Assembly (NCBI GenBank): GCA_003252135.1
Contig: QKDK01000122.1
Coordinates: forward strand, 1-49,186
DNA: 49,186 nucleotides
Source of the DNA: Clostridia bacterium
Lineage (GTDB): Bacteria; Bacillota; Clostridia; Lachnospirales; Lachnospiraceae
Reading direction: 5' to 3'
The notes beneath the pieces are model-generated. The model ran no database searches, was not told the DNA's origin, and saw only the letters and a list, made by a program, of their open reading frames with translations. The stretch's first letter is position 1, and every line of letters begins with the position of its first letter. A program made the translations under genes and the position numbers. This document shows positions 22,217 through 29,722 of the stretch, piece by piece.

Positions 22217-22609
22217 TTACTTTTTACATAAGCTGCACAATCCGTAAAAATAAATGCTGTGTCCCTCAATAACACCGTTGAAATCTGCGGAGGCTGCATC
22301 GTTCAGATCCTTTAAAATATCAGGATCAAGATCAAGATCAAGAACACGCCCGCACATACGACAGGTAAAATGATGATGCGGCAGGGGGTTCCCGTCAAAA
22401 TGTTCTGAGCCGTCATCCATGGAAAGCTTTAAAATCCTGCCCTGCTCTGCAAGCTGGTTCAGATTTCGGTAGACGGTGCCCAGACTGACAGACGGATTCT
22501 TTGCTTTCAGCGCATGATAAACAACATCTGCTGTTGGGTGTTCTTTTGTACCGAGCAGATATTCCTGTATTGCTTCTCTGTTTCGGCTGTATCGGCTGAC
22601 TGTCTCCAT
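22217..22609 (-). CDS. perR: Fur-family metalloregulator, PerR-like
   Basis: 130 aa. Winged-helix TVYRNLNQLAE, an HHHF motif, and two CxxC pairs (CRMCG, CSLCKK). The PerR subtype is inferred only from adjacency to rbr. Confidence 0.75.
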   Translation of the reverse strand: METVSRYSRNREAIQEYLLGTKEHPTADVVYHALKAKNPSVSLGTVYRNLNQLAEQGRILKLSMDDGSEHFDGNPLPHHHFTCRMCGRVLDLDLDPDILKDLNDAASADFNGVIEGHSIYFYGLCSLCKK

Positions 22610-22644
22610 CTGATCCCTCCTTAGTGCTAATAGGAACTGTTATT

Positions 22645-22673
22645 ATTATGCCAGCATCTGGATATTTTGTCAA
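22645..22673 (-). promoter_or_regulatory. sigma-A-like promoter of the perR-like gene
   Basis: On the minus strand: TTGACA, 17 nt, CATAAT. An A/T-rich ATAATAATAA tract overlaps the -10. Confidence 0.5.
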
Positions 22674-22975
22674 TACAAATTTTTAAAATTTCAAGGAAAA
22701 TTTCAGATGATGAATTATCTGGGTTTTTGAAAGTGAAAATTCTGGATTTTAACAATTATACATCTTTAAGCTCTGTTTTTTTTCATAGGAATATAATGTA
22801 TCTGTTTTCTTGCCGTTTGGTACATCTAACATGAAAAATCATCCCTGGGTGGATACCGGAAAACAACGGATTACACATTTTGGGACATCGACATTTGACA
22901 GAATGTAACGTATATTTAAAGAGTAAAATTGCGTTAAAAATACAGATGCGTATGTAAATGAAGGAGGAAGTATTT

Positions 22976-23548
22976 ATGAAAAAAGGGACTGTAATGTTAG
23001 GGCTATGCACTTTGTTGGTCAGCGCGCTTATATTTTCTGGCTGCGGGCTTCAGGAGAAAATAGGTGAAAGCATTACCGAGAAGCTGCTTGAATCTGCTGC
23101 TGATAATGATGTGAATGTTGATTTAAGCAACGGTGACTTCAGCATTTCAACAGAGGAAGGAAATTACAGCTATGATGACGAGAGCGGAAGCTTCACCATG
23201 GAAGGCGAGGACGGTTCTTATGCTGCGTCCGGTGAAGCTGCAGAGTGGCCGGAAGGTATGGCTGCAGATTACATACCGGAGTTAAAAAAGGGAACGGTTT
23301 CTTATTGCTATAATGCAGAAACCTCCTGTATGATCTATGTTGATGAGATTACAGAAGATGATTATAACGATTATGTCGATAAGGTAAAAGACATGGATTT
23401 TACGGAGAATACTATGGTAAGTTCGGCAAGTGACCTGGACATGTATTATGGCGAAACTGCTGATGGTGCATATATTTCTGTTTCCTACATGCCAGAGGAG
23501 CAAACCATCCAGATCGTTGCAGATATCTCGTCACTTTCTGGTAACTAG
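22976..23548 (+). CDS. acidic lipoprotein of unknown function
   Basis: MKKGTVMLGLCTLLVSALIFSGC gives a signal peptide plus lipobox. ATG 22976 is preceded by gaaggagg. Confidence 0.7.
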   Translation: MKKGTVMLGLCTLLVSALIFSGCGLQEKIGESITEKLLESAADNDVNVDLSNGDFSISTEEGNYSYDDESGSFTMEGEDGSYAASGEAAEWPEGMAADYIPELKKGTVSYCYNAETSCMIYVDEITEDDYNDYVDKVKDMDFTENTMVSSASDLDMYYGETADGAYISVSYMPEEQTIQIVADISSLSGN

Positions 23549-23650
23549 AAAGCAGCAGACAACAGAACAAGAAAGTATTTTTCGCATATAAAATGTTACC
23601 ATTTTTACTGCTGTAAAATGGAAGGGATTTAAACAGCTTCATTATTGTTA

Positions 23651-23685
23651 TAAAGGCCGGTGACCATAAAAATCGCCGGCCTTTA
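23651..23685 (+). terminator. GC-rich hairpin (possible terminator)
   Basis: taaaggccgg / ccggccttta. The U-tract is weak. Confidence 0.45.
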
Positions 23686-23846
23686 TCGTGCATTCTGCCA
23701 GAAAGGTGTACTTGTTCAGGAGAGCTTTCTGTGATAAAATAAATTGCAATATATTTTCGCGTGTTCATGTAAGCAGGACTTAGAAAATCACCAGGCCTGC
23801 AATATGTGTCAGTATCCGGTACGGGAATGACAGAATGGAGGTAATT

Positions 23847-24197
23847 ATGACAATTAGGGAAGTGCAGAATGCATTGGATGCCGGTGTCGCTTGCGGAGAA
23901 GAGTATCTGGAGCGCGATGTTCACAGTGCATGCGGATCAGATATGATGAGTGACGTGCTGGCTTTTGTGAAGGATCAGGCAGTTTTGCTGACTGGGTTAT
24001 GCAATGCACAGGTAATCCGTACTTCTGAAATGATGGATATCATCTGCATCGTGTTCGTTCGCGGCAAGATACCGGATGAGGATATGATCAATCTGGCAAA
24101 GGAAAGAGAGATTCCGCTGCTTGTGACAAAACATAAGATGTTCACTGCATGCGGTATATTATACGAAAAAGGATTACATGGGGGACAGACTGTATGA
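23847..24197 (+). CDS. DRTGG domain-containing protein
   Basis: About 116 aa. The SDMMSDVL...VLLTGL...IVFVRG pattern is typical of small DRTGG proteins found in hydrogenase-associated clusters. ATG 23847 is preceded by ggagg. Confidence 0.75.
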   Translation: MTIREVQNALDAGVACGEEYLERDVHSACGSDMMSDVLAFVKDQAVLLTGLCNAQVIRTSEMMDIICIVFVRGKIPDEDMINLAKEREIPLLVTKHKMFTACGILYEKGLHGGQTV

Positions 24198-24616
24198 GCG
24201 ATCAGATACATTTGACCTATCAGGTCTCCGGAGATGATTTCACCAGGGCTGGCGAAGCTTCCAGCGATGTAAAACGCATGCTTAAGAAAATGGGAGCGGA
24301 TCCGGAAGCAATCAGGAAGGTGGCCATCTCCATGTACGAAGGTGAGATTAATATGGTGATCCACGCACACGGCGGAGAAATTAATGTTACCATAACCCCG
24401 GAAGAGGTTCAGATGGTTCTTTCGGATAATGGACCGGGCATAGCGGATGTTGATAAAGCAATGGAAGCAGGATTTTCAACTGCGCCTGAAAATGTAAGAT
24501 CTCTTGGCTTTGGCGCAGGAATGGGGCTTCCGAATATGAAAAAGTACTCTGATGACATGAAAATAGATACAAAGCTTGGAGAAGGCACGACAGTAACAAT
24601 GAAAGTTCAGATGTAA
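24194..24616 (+). CDS. GHKL-type ATPase (anti-sigma-factor-kinase-like ATP-binding protein)
   Basis: N-box EGEINMVIHA, G1 DNGPGI, G2 GFGAGMGLPN. No HisKA domain. ATGA overlap with the upstream gene. Confidence 0.8.
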   Translation: MSDQIHLTYQVSGDDFTRAGEASSDVKRMLKKMGADPEAIRKVAISMYEGEINMVIHAHGGEINVTITPEEVQMVLSDNGPGIADVDKAMEAGFSTAPENVRSLGFGAGMGLPNMKKYSDDMKIDTKLGEGTTVTMKVQM

Positions 24617-24680
24617 CCGGCGTTATGTTTTTGCCTGCAGATCAGAAAGTTGTCTGCAGCAGGAAAGAAGGTACAAAGTC

Positions 24681-25961
24681 ATGGGGAAATTTTTAACCTC
24701 CGTATACCTCGAGGAGGATTTATGCAAGGGATGTATCAACTGCATCAAACGCTGCCCGACCCAGGCGATTCGTGTGCGCAACGGGAAAGCGGTGATTACC
24801 AAGGAATTCTGTATAGATTGTGGGGTCTGTATCAGAATATGTCCGCATCATGCCAAAAATGCGATCAGAGATTCCATTGAGATCATAAAGGATTATGAAT
24901 ACACGGTAGCGCTTCCTGCACCGTCACTGTATGGGCAGGTGAACAATCTGGACGATGTCAATATTGTCCTGACAGCATTAAAGCTGATGGGGTTCGATGA
25001 TGTCTATGAAGTCAGTGGAGCGGCTGAAATTGTTTCTGAGATGTCCAGAAAATATGTCAGTGAGCATAAAGAGCTCTGGCCGATTATCAGTACGGCCTGC
25101 CCTTCTGTCACCAGACTGATCCGGGTCCGTTTTCCGAATCTGATCAAGCATCTGCTGCCTATCAAATCACCGATGGATGTCGCAGCGCAGCAGGCAAGAA
25201 TCCGTGCCATGGAGAAAACCGGCCTGCCTGCAGATAAGATCGGAATTGTCTTTATATCGCCCTGCCCGTCTAAAGTCACGGCAGTCAAATCACCGCTTGG
25301 CTTTGAAAAAAGTGAAGTGGATGCAGTTATTGCCATGAAAGATATCTATACATCCCTGATCGAACACATGAATGTGGCGGCAACGTGCGTCGAGGAGCTG
25401 TCCATTTCCGGCAGGATCGGTGTCGGCTGGGGGAATATCGGCGGAGAAGCCGGCGGACTGCTTTCGGAGAATTATCTGGCAGCAGACGGAATTGAGAATG
25501 TCATTCGCGTGCTGGAAGACCTCGAAGACAAGAAGTTCACCAATCTGGAGTTTATAGAATTGAATTCCTGTGACGGTGGCTGTGTCGGCGGTGTTCTGAC
25601 AGTGGAGAATCCCTTCATTGCCATGGTGAAGCTGAAACGTCTGAAAAAATATATGCCTGTTGCACAGAATCATAAAGAAGACACACTGAAAGTGAAGAAT
25701 GCCTTCTGGACGGAGGAAGTCAAGTATGAGCCTGTGTTCAAGCTGGCGACCAGCATGCGGGAAAGTATTGAGAAGATGACACAGGTGGATGAACTGCTGA
25801 CCAAGTTCCCGGGGCTCGACTGCGGTTCCTGCGGCGCTCCGACCTGCCGTGCACTGGCTGAAGATATCGCAAGAGGCGTTGCAAAGGAGAACGACTGTAT
25901 TCACGTGCTCCGTGAACATATCCATAAGCTGACTGACGAAATATCAAAGCTTGATTATTGA
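24681..25961 (+). CDS. [FeFe]-hydrogenase-like protein, putative sensory (HydS-like): 2x[4Fe-4S] ferredoxin, diverged H-cluster domain and C-terminal 4-Cys Fe-S domain
   Basis: Two CxxCxxCxxxCP motifs (C15-C25, C44-C54). Diverged H-cluster motifs STACP, SPCPSK and CDGGCVGG. C-terminal CGSCGAPTC...C. Confidence 0.85.
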   Translation: MGKFLTSVYLEEDLCKGCINCIKRCPTQAIRVRNGKAVITKEFCIDCGVCIRICPHHAKNAIRDSIEIIKDYEYTVALPAPSLYGQVNNLDDVNIVLTALKLMGFDDVYEVSGAAEIVSEMSRKYVSEHKELWPIISTACPSVTRLIRVRFPNLIKHLLPIKSPMDVAAQQARIRAMEKTGLPADKIGIVFISPCPSKVTAVKSPLGFEKSEVDAVIAMKDIYTSLIEHMNVAATCVEELSISGRIGVGWGNIGGEAGGLLSENYLAADGIENVIRVLEDLEDKKFTNLEFIELNSCDGGCVGGVLTVENPFIAMVKLKRLKKYMPVAQNHKEDTLKVKNAFWTEEVKYEPVFKLATSMRESIEKMTQVDELLTKFPGLDCGSCGAPTCRALAEDIARGVAKENDCIHVLREHIHKLTDEISKLDY

Positions 25962-26024
25962 CAGGAAATAAGAGTAAGGTTGACTTGAAAAAATGCGCAG
26001 AATGAGCGCAGGAATGAGGATACA

Positions 26025-26369
26025 ATGACAGTAACAAAGCTTGTTGAGAACCTTGGCTTTTCCGTATTGTGGAAAGGCGACATGGGAGATGAAAAAATCA
26101 TCAGACCGTATTGCTGCGATCTTTTAAGTATTGCGATGGGCAAGCTTCCTGCAAACAGTGCCTGGGTGACTGTAATGGGCAATATCAATACCGTTGCGGT
26201 CGCAGTACTTACGGAATGCGCCTGCATCATCCTTGCAGAAGGAGCGGCGGCTGACGAAGCCATGCTGAGCAAAGTCAGACAGCAGGGAATTACCCTGATG
26301 GCTACTGACCTGACGGTCTTTGATGCAGCCCTTAAAATTCATGAACTGATAAAGGACGAGGATACATGA
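26025..26369 (+). CDS. DRTGG domain-containing protein (second copy)
   Basis: 114 aa. CDLLSIAMG...TVAVAVL...IILAEG parallels the first copy. Confidence 0.72.
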   Translation: MTVTKLVENLGFSVLWKGDMGDEKIIRPYCCDLLSIAMGKLPANSAWVTVMGNINTVAVAVLTECACIILAEGAAADEAMLSKVRQQGITLMATDLTVFDAALKIHELIKDEDT

Positions 26370-27088
26370 TTCATGCCACCTATGATCTGCATATTCATTC
26401 CTGCCTTTCCCCCTGCGGAGAAGATGAGATGACTCCCTCCAATATTGTTGCGATGGCAGCACTTAAAGATCTGGACATAATTGCGCTGACGGATCATAAC
26501 AGCTGCAAAAACTGTCCTGCTTTTCTGGAGCTCGCAAGGGAGCAGGGTATACTTGCACTGCCGGGCATGGAACTCACAACGGAGGAAGAGGTACACGTCC
26601 TTTGCCTTTTTGCAGAACTTTCGGATGCCTTGCATTTTGATGACTATGTGTATGAACATCTTCAGCCGGTTCCGCTTCGGGAGGATATTTTTGGGAAACA
26701 GGATATCATGGACAAGGAGGAGAATATAACCGGGCATGTCGGCCTGCTGCTGATCAATGCGACGACAATACATTTTGAAAATGTTTATGGATTGATGGAG
26801 CAGTTTCACGGTGTTATGGTACCGGCACATATTGATAAGTCTTCGAACAGTCTGTTGTCCAACCTTGGGTTTGTTCCGGGTGACAGCAGGTTTCGCACTT
26901 ATGAACTGGCAGATGCAGGAAAGCGTGCCGCAATCACGGAGAAAAATCCATATTGTGCGGACTGCAGGGTCGTTGTTAATTCCGATGCACACAGGCTTGA
27001 GCAGATCAGTGAACCGGTAGAAACCATGGAGATTGAGCAGATGAACGCAGCGGCAGTCCTTGATTTCTTAAAAGGCATCCATAGATAA
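26366..27088 (+). CDS. PHP-domain (polymerase/histidinol-phosphatase-like) phosphoesterase
   Basis: DLHIHS...ALTDHN...PAHID...SDAH metal-binding His/Asp pattern. ATGA overlap with the upstream gene. Confidence 0.8.
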   Translation: MIHATYDLHIHSCLSPCGEDEMTPSNIVAMAALKDLDIIALTDHNSCKNCPAFLELAREQGILALPGMELTTEEEVHVLCLFAELSDALHFDDYVYEHLQPVPLREDIFGKQDIMDKEENITGHVGLLLINATTIHFENVYGLMEQFHGVMVPAHIDKSSNSLLSNLGFVPGDSRFRTYELADAGKRAAITEKNPYCADCRVVVNSDAHRLEQISEPVETMEIEQMNAAAVLDFLKGIHR

Positions 27089-27289
27089 GGGAACATAACA
27101 GTATACGGCTACTATATATAGTGGGTCATATAGAAGTTTTATGAAAAATAATGGAATTATGAGGAATTCTGTTGTGTTTTACTGAAATAAAACGATAATG
27201 TTGTGCAGTATTTTATGTCAACCTATGACAGATGGACTATTTATCGGGAATATGCTTCGTCAAAATACATAAAATCGTATGAAAAATTT

Positions 27290-27322
27290 GTGCATAATTT
27301 TTTGAGATTATGCACTTTTTGT
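27290..27322 (+). terminator. intrinsic terminator about 200 nt after the PHP gene
   Basis: gtgcataat (27290-27298) pairs with attatgcac (27307-27315), followed by tttttgttt. Confidence 0.6.
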
Positions 27323-27343
27323 TTGTGCATTATGCAATAATTC

Positions 27344-27372
27344 TTGACGCAAAGCCCAATATGTGGTATTGT
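27344..27372 (+). promoter_or_regulatory. promoter of veg
   Basis: TTGACG, 17 nt, TATTGT, with a TGg extended -10. Confidence 0.5.
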
Positions 27373-27508
27373 AATTGTGATGAAAACGGCTTATATTGTG
27401 TTTGATCTGGTGTTTGTGAGGTGCATAAAGATGTATAACATGGATATCAGCCTTAATGATGATTCGCAGGACCGGGGAGACGGCAAGCTGCAGATTTGGA
27501 GGACTAAT

Positions 27509-27751
27509 ATGAGACAACCGGCGAATATGTGCGCTGTAAGGAATTCAGTAGTCAACAACATTGGAAGAAAAGTTCTTATAAAAGCCAACAGAGGACGTAA
27601 CAAGGTAGACGTAACGGAAGGAATCATATCGGCAACATATCCAAGTGTTTTTATTATTCAAGTCAAAGATGCATACACAGAGTGCTCCAAGGTCATTTCG
27701 TTCCAGTATGCGGACGTATTAACCAGAGAAGTCGAAATCGTTCTGTGTTAA
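27509..27751 (+). CDS. veg: Veg family protein
   Basis: 80 aa. GRKVLIKANRGRNK...ATYPSVFIIQV...YADVLT matches the B. subtilis Veg pattern. ATG 27509 is preceded by ggagg. The track ORF start at 27344 is an extension. Confidence 0.9.
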   Translation: MRQPANMCAVRNSVVNNIGRKVLIKANRGRNKVDVTEGIISATYPSVFIIQVKDAYTECSKVISFQYADVLTREVEIVLC

Positions 27752-27788
27752 ATATCCGTCATTCAGAAATATAAAGTTTAAAAGTGCG

Positions 27789-27821
27789 AGAGCTGCCGCT
27801 GGTAAAGAGGCAGCTCTTTTT
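27789..27821 (+). terminator. intrinsic terminator of veg
   Basis: agagctgcc / ggcagctct followed by ttttt. Confidence 0.8.
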
Positions 27822-28030
27822 ATGTGCCCAGTTACTATATATCATGCAGTGTTTTGCAGGAATATCAAATTTACGGCAAATTTATTTTTAAATCGATAAA
27901 AATTTATCGAATTGAAAATTACAATAGGCAAAAGTGAGAAATATACGATGCTTATTATGTTAAATTTTTATAAAATGCCATATTTACTGCAGACTGTCTG
28001 TAAGTTTTACTGGCATTTTTTTAATGGGCA

Positions 28031-28039
28031 TGCTATAAT
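28031..28039 (+). promoter_or_regulatory. extended -10 element (TGcTATAAT) upstream of the hyd operon
   Basis: tgctataat at 28031-28039. No good -35 is seen. Confidence 0.4.
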
Positions 28040-28072
28040 GATGTCACTTTCGATAGTCCACCATAAAAGCAG

Positions 28073-28116
28073 TCATGTTCCGCGTTTTGAAAGTGCAAAG
28101 AACATGATATTTTTTT
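28073..28116 (+). terminator. terminator-like hairpin inside the hydC leader (attenuator candidate)
   Basis: tcatgttc (28073-28080) pairs with gaacatga (28100-28107), followed by tattttttt. Lies about 65 nt upstream of the hydC ATG. Confidence 0.4.
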
Positions 28117-28182
28117 GCGGTGTGAAAATCGAACAATTAGTAGGCACAAGATTGTTAATAAAATGTCAAGGAGGTTCAGTAA

Positions 28183-28677
28183 ATGGGTTCGCAGAAAAAA
28201 ACAGTCCCTTTTGCAGGAACAAAAGAGCAGGAAGCAGCGCTTTTGAAGATGATTGCTGAATGCAAGAATGAAAAAGGTGCATTAATGCCAATTTTGCAGA
28301 AGGCACAGGACATTTATGGTTATCTTCCATTCGAAGTTCAGACCATAATTGCAAGAGAGATGGAAGTTCCGCTTGAAAAGGTATATGGAATTGTAACTTT
28401 CTATTCACAGTTCTCATTATATCCGAAGGGACGCTACAAGGTATCAGTATGCTTGGGAACAGCATGCTATGTAAAAGGAGCAGGCAATATATTTGATGAA
28501 CTGCAGTCACTTTTAAAGATTGAAGACGGCGGATGTACAGATGATGGCAAGTTTTCACTTGAATCCTGCCGCTGCATCGGTGCATGCGGTCTTGCGCCTG
28601 TTCTTATGATCAATGAAGATGTTTACGGTCGCTTATCAATCAATGAATTAAGCGGAATTCTGGCGAAATACGAATAA
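28183..28677 (+). CDS. hydC: bifurcating [FeFe]-hydrogenase gamma subunit (NuoE-like, [2Fe-2S])
   Basis: 164 aa. CLGTACYVKGA and CRCIGACGLAP form a thioredoxin-like 2Fe-2S motif. SD aaggagg. Confidence 0.92.
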   Translation: MGSQKKTVPFAGTKEQEAALLKMIAECKNEKGALMPILQKAQDIYGYLPFEVQTIIAREMEVPLEKVYGIVTFYSQFSLYPKGRYKVSVCLGTACYVKGAGNIFDELQSLLKIEDGGCTDDGKFSLESCRCIGACGLAPVLMINEDVYGRLSINELSGILAKYE

Positions 28678-28706
28678 TATTGGTGCTTGTACTATAGGCA
28701 TACGCT

Positions 28707-28740
28707 TTACATACAGGAGTATGTTACATACAGGAGTATG
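28707..28740 (+). repeat. perfect 17-bp tandem duplication (ttacatacaggagtatg x2) carrying an SD-like AGGAG
   Basis: Copy 1 is 28707-28723 and copy 2 is 28724-28740, ending 5 nt before the ATG of the GHKL ATPase gene. Confidence 0.95.
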
Positions 28741-28745
28741 ATATT

Positions 28746-29303
28746 ATGATGACAGAACTTTCACTGAATATTCTGGATGTTGCAGAGAATTCAATCCGTG
28801 CACGGGCGACCCTGATCGAGATCGAGGTCAGTGCCGATATGACAACAGATTTGCTGCTGATTGTGATACGGGACAACGGGTGCGGAATGACGAAGGAGGA
28901 AGTAGAAGCGGTGATCGATCCGTTCTTTACGACCAGAACGACCAGAAAGGTCGGACTTGGGGTTCCATTTTTTAAGCTCGCAGCTGAAAGTACAGGGGGT
29001 AAATTTTTAATAACTTCAAAAAAAGGGGAAGGAACTGTGGTTTCTGCCACTTTCATCCTGTCACATATTGACAGAATGCCGCTTGGGGATATGGCGGCCA
29101 CCATCCACACCCTGATCGTGTACCATCCCATGATCGATTTTATATATCGGTACACATTCAGCGAAAAAAGCTTCACCCTGGACACCAGAGAGTTCCGTGA
29201 AATTTTAGGAGAACTGCCACTGGATTCTCCGGATGTTTCAGCCTATATCCTTTCATATCTGAAAGAGAATGGACAAGAGACCGACGGAGGAAACATATAC
29301 TAG
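28746..29303 (+). CDS. stand-alone GHKL ATPase embedded in the hydrogenase operon
   Basis: N-box NILDVAENSIRA, G1 DNGCGM, G2 GLGVPF. No HisKA or sensor domain. C-terminal extension of about 70 aa. Confidence 0.8.
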   Translation: MMTELSLNILDVAENSIRARATLIEIEVSADMTTDLLLIVIRDNGCGMTKEEVEAVIDPFFTTRTTRKVGLGVPFFKLAAESTGGKFLITSKKGEGTVVSATFILSHIDRMPLGDMAATIHTLIVYHPMIDFIYRYTFSEKSFTLDTREFREILGELPLDSPDVSAYILSYLKENGQETDGGNIY

Positions 29304-29332
29304 AGGATTATATTCAATGAAGGAGGAAACAC

Positions 29333-29704
29333 ATGAAATCTCTAGAAGAATTAAAAGCTATCAGAGAAAAGATGCAGGGACAGGTTGGCATCCGCAAGGA
29401 GTCTGACACTCAGACAAGAGTAGTTGTCGGTATGGCTACCTGTGGTATTGCAAGCGGTGCAAGACCGGTTCTTGTTGCACTTTCCGATGCTGTTCAGAAA
29501 AAAGGCCTGAGCAATGTTGCCGTTATCCAGACAGGATGCATCGGTCTTTGCCAGTTCGAGCCAATTATAGAAGTATTAGAACCAGGAAAAGAAAAGGTTA
29601 CCTACGTAAAAGTTACTCCCGAAAAAGCACTTGAAATTGTAGACCAGCATTTAGTGCGCGGGCAGGTAATCGGTGAGTACACTATTTCAAATACAATCAA
29701 CTAA
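29333..29704 (+). CDS. thioredoxin-like [2Fe-2S] ferredoxin (HydD-like small subunit)
   Basis: 123 aa. GMATCGIASGA ... GCIGLCQFEP. Confidence 0.85.
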   Translation: MKSLEELKAIREKMQGQVGIRKESDTQTRVVVGMATCGIASGARPVLVALSDAVQKKGLSNVAVIQTGCIGLCQFEPIIEVLEPGKEKVTYVKVTPEKALEIVDQHLVRGQVIGEYTISNTIN

Positions 29705-29722
29705 TTTATAGGAGGTAACATT

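Noticed and set aside
25290-26992. Long antisense ORFs (25290-25925, 211 aa; 26339-26992, 217 aa) opposite the HydS-like and PHP genes
   Set aside because: They are entirely antisense to genes with strong domain evidence. Their composition is Cys/His/Arg-rich, typical of reverse frames. The same reasoning applies to 545-1084, 13190-13684, 23412-23924, 31995-32468, 36884-37366 and 43631-44143.
27912-28259. 115-aa ORF upstream of and overlapping the hydC start
   Set aside because: It has a TTG start without an SD, lies in the AT-rich promoter/leader region, overlaps the well-supported hydC start, and its sequence is hydrophobic and low-complexity.
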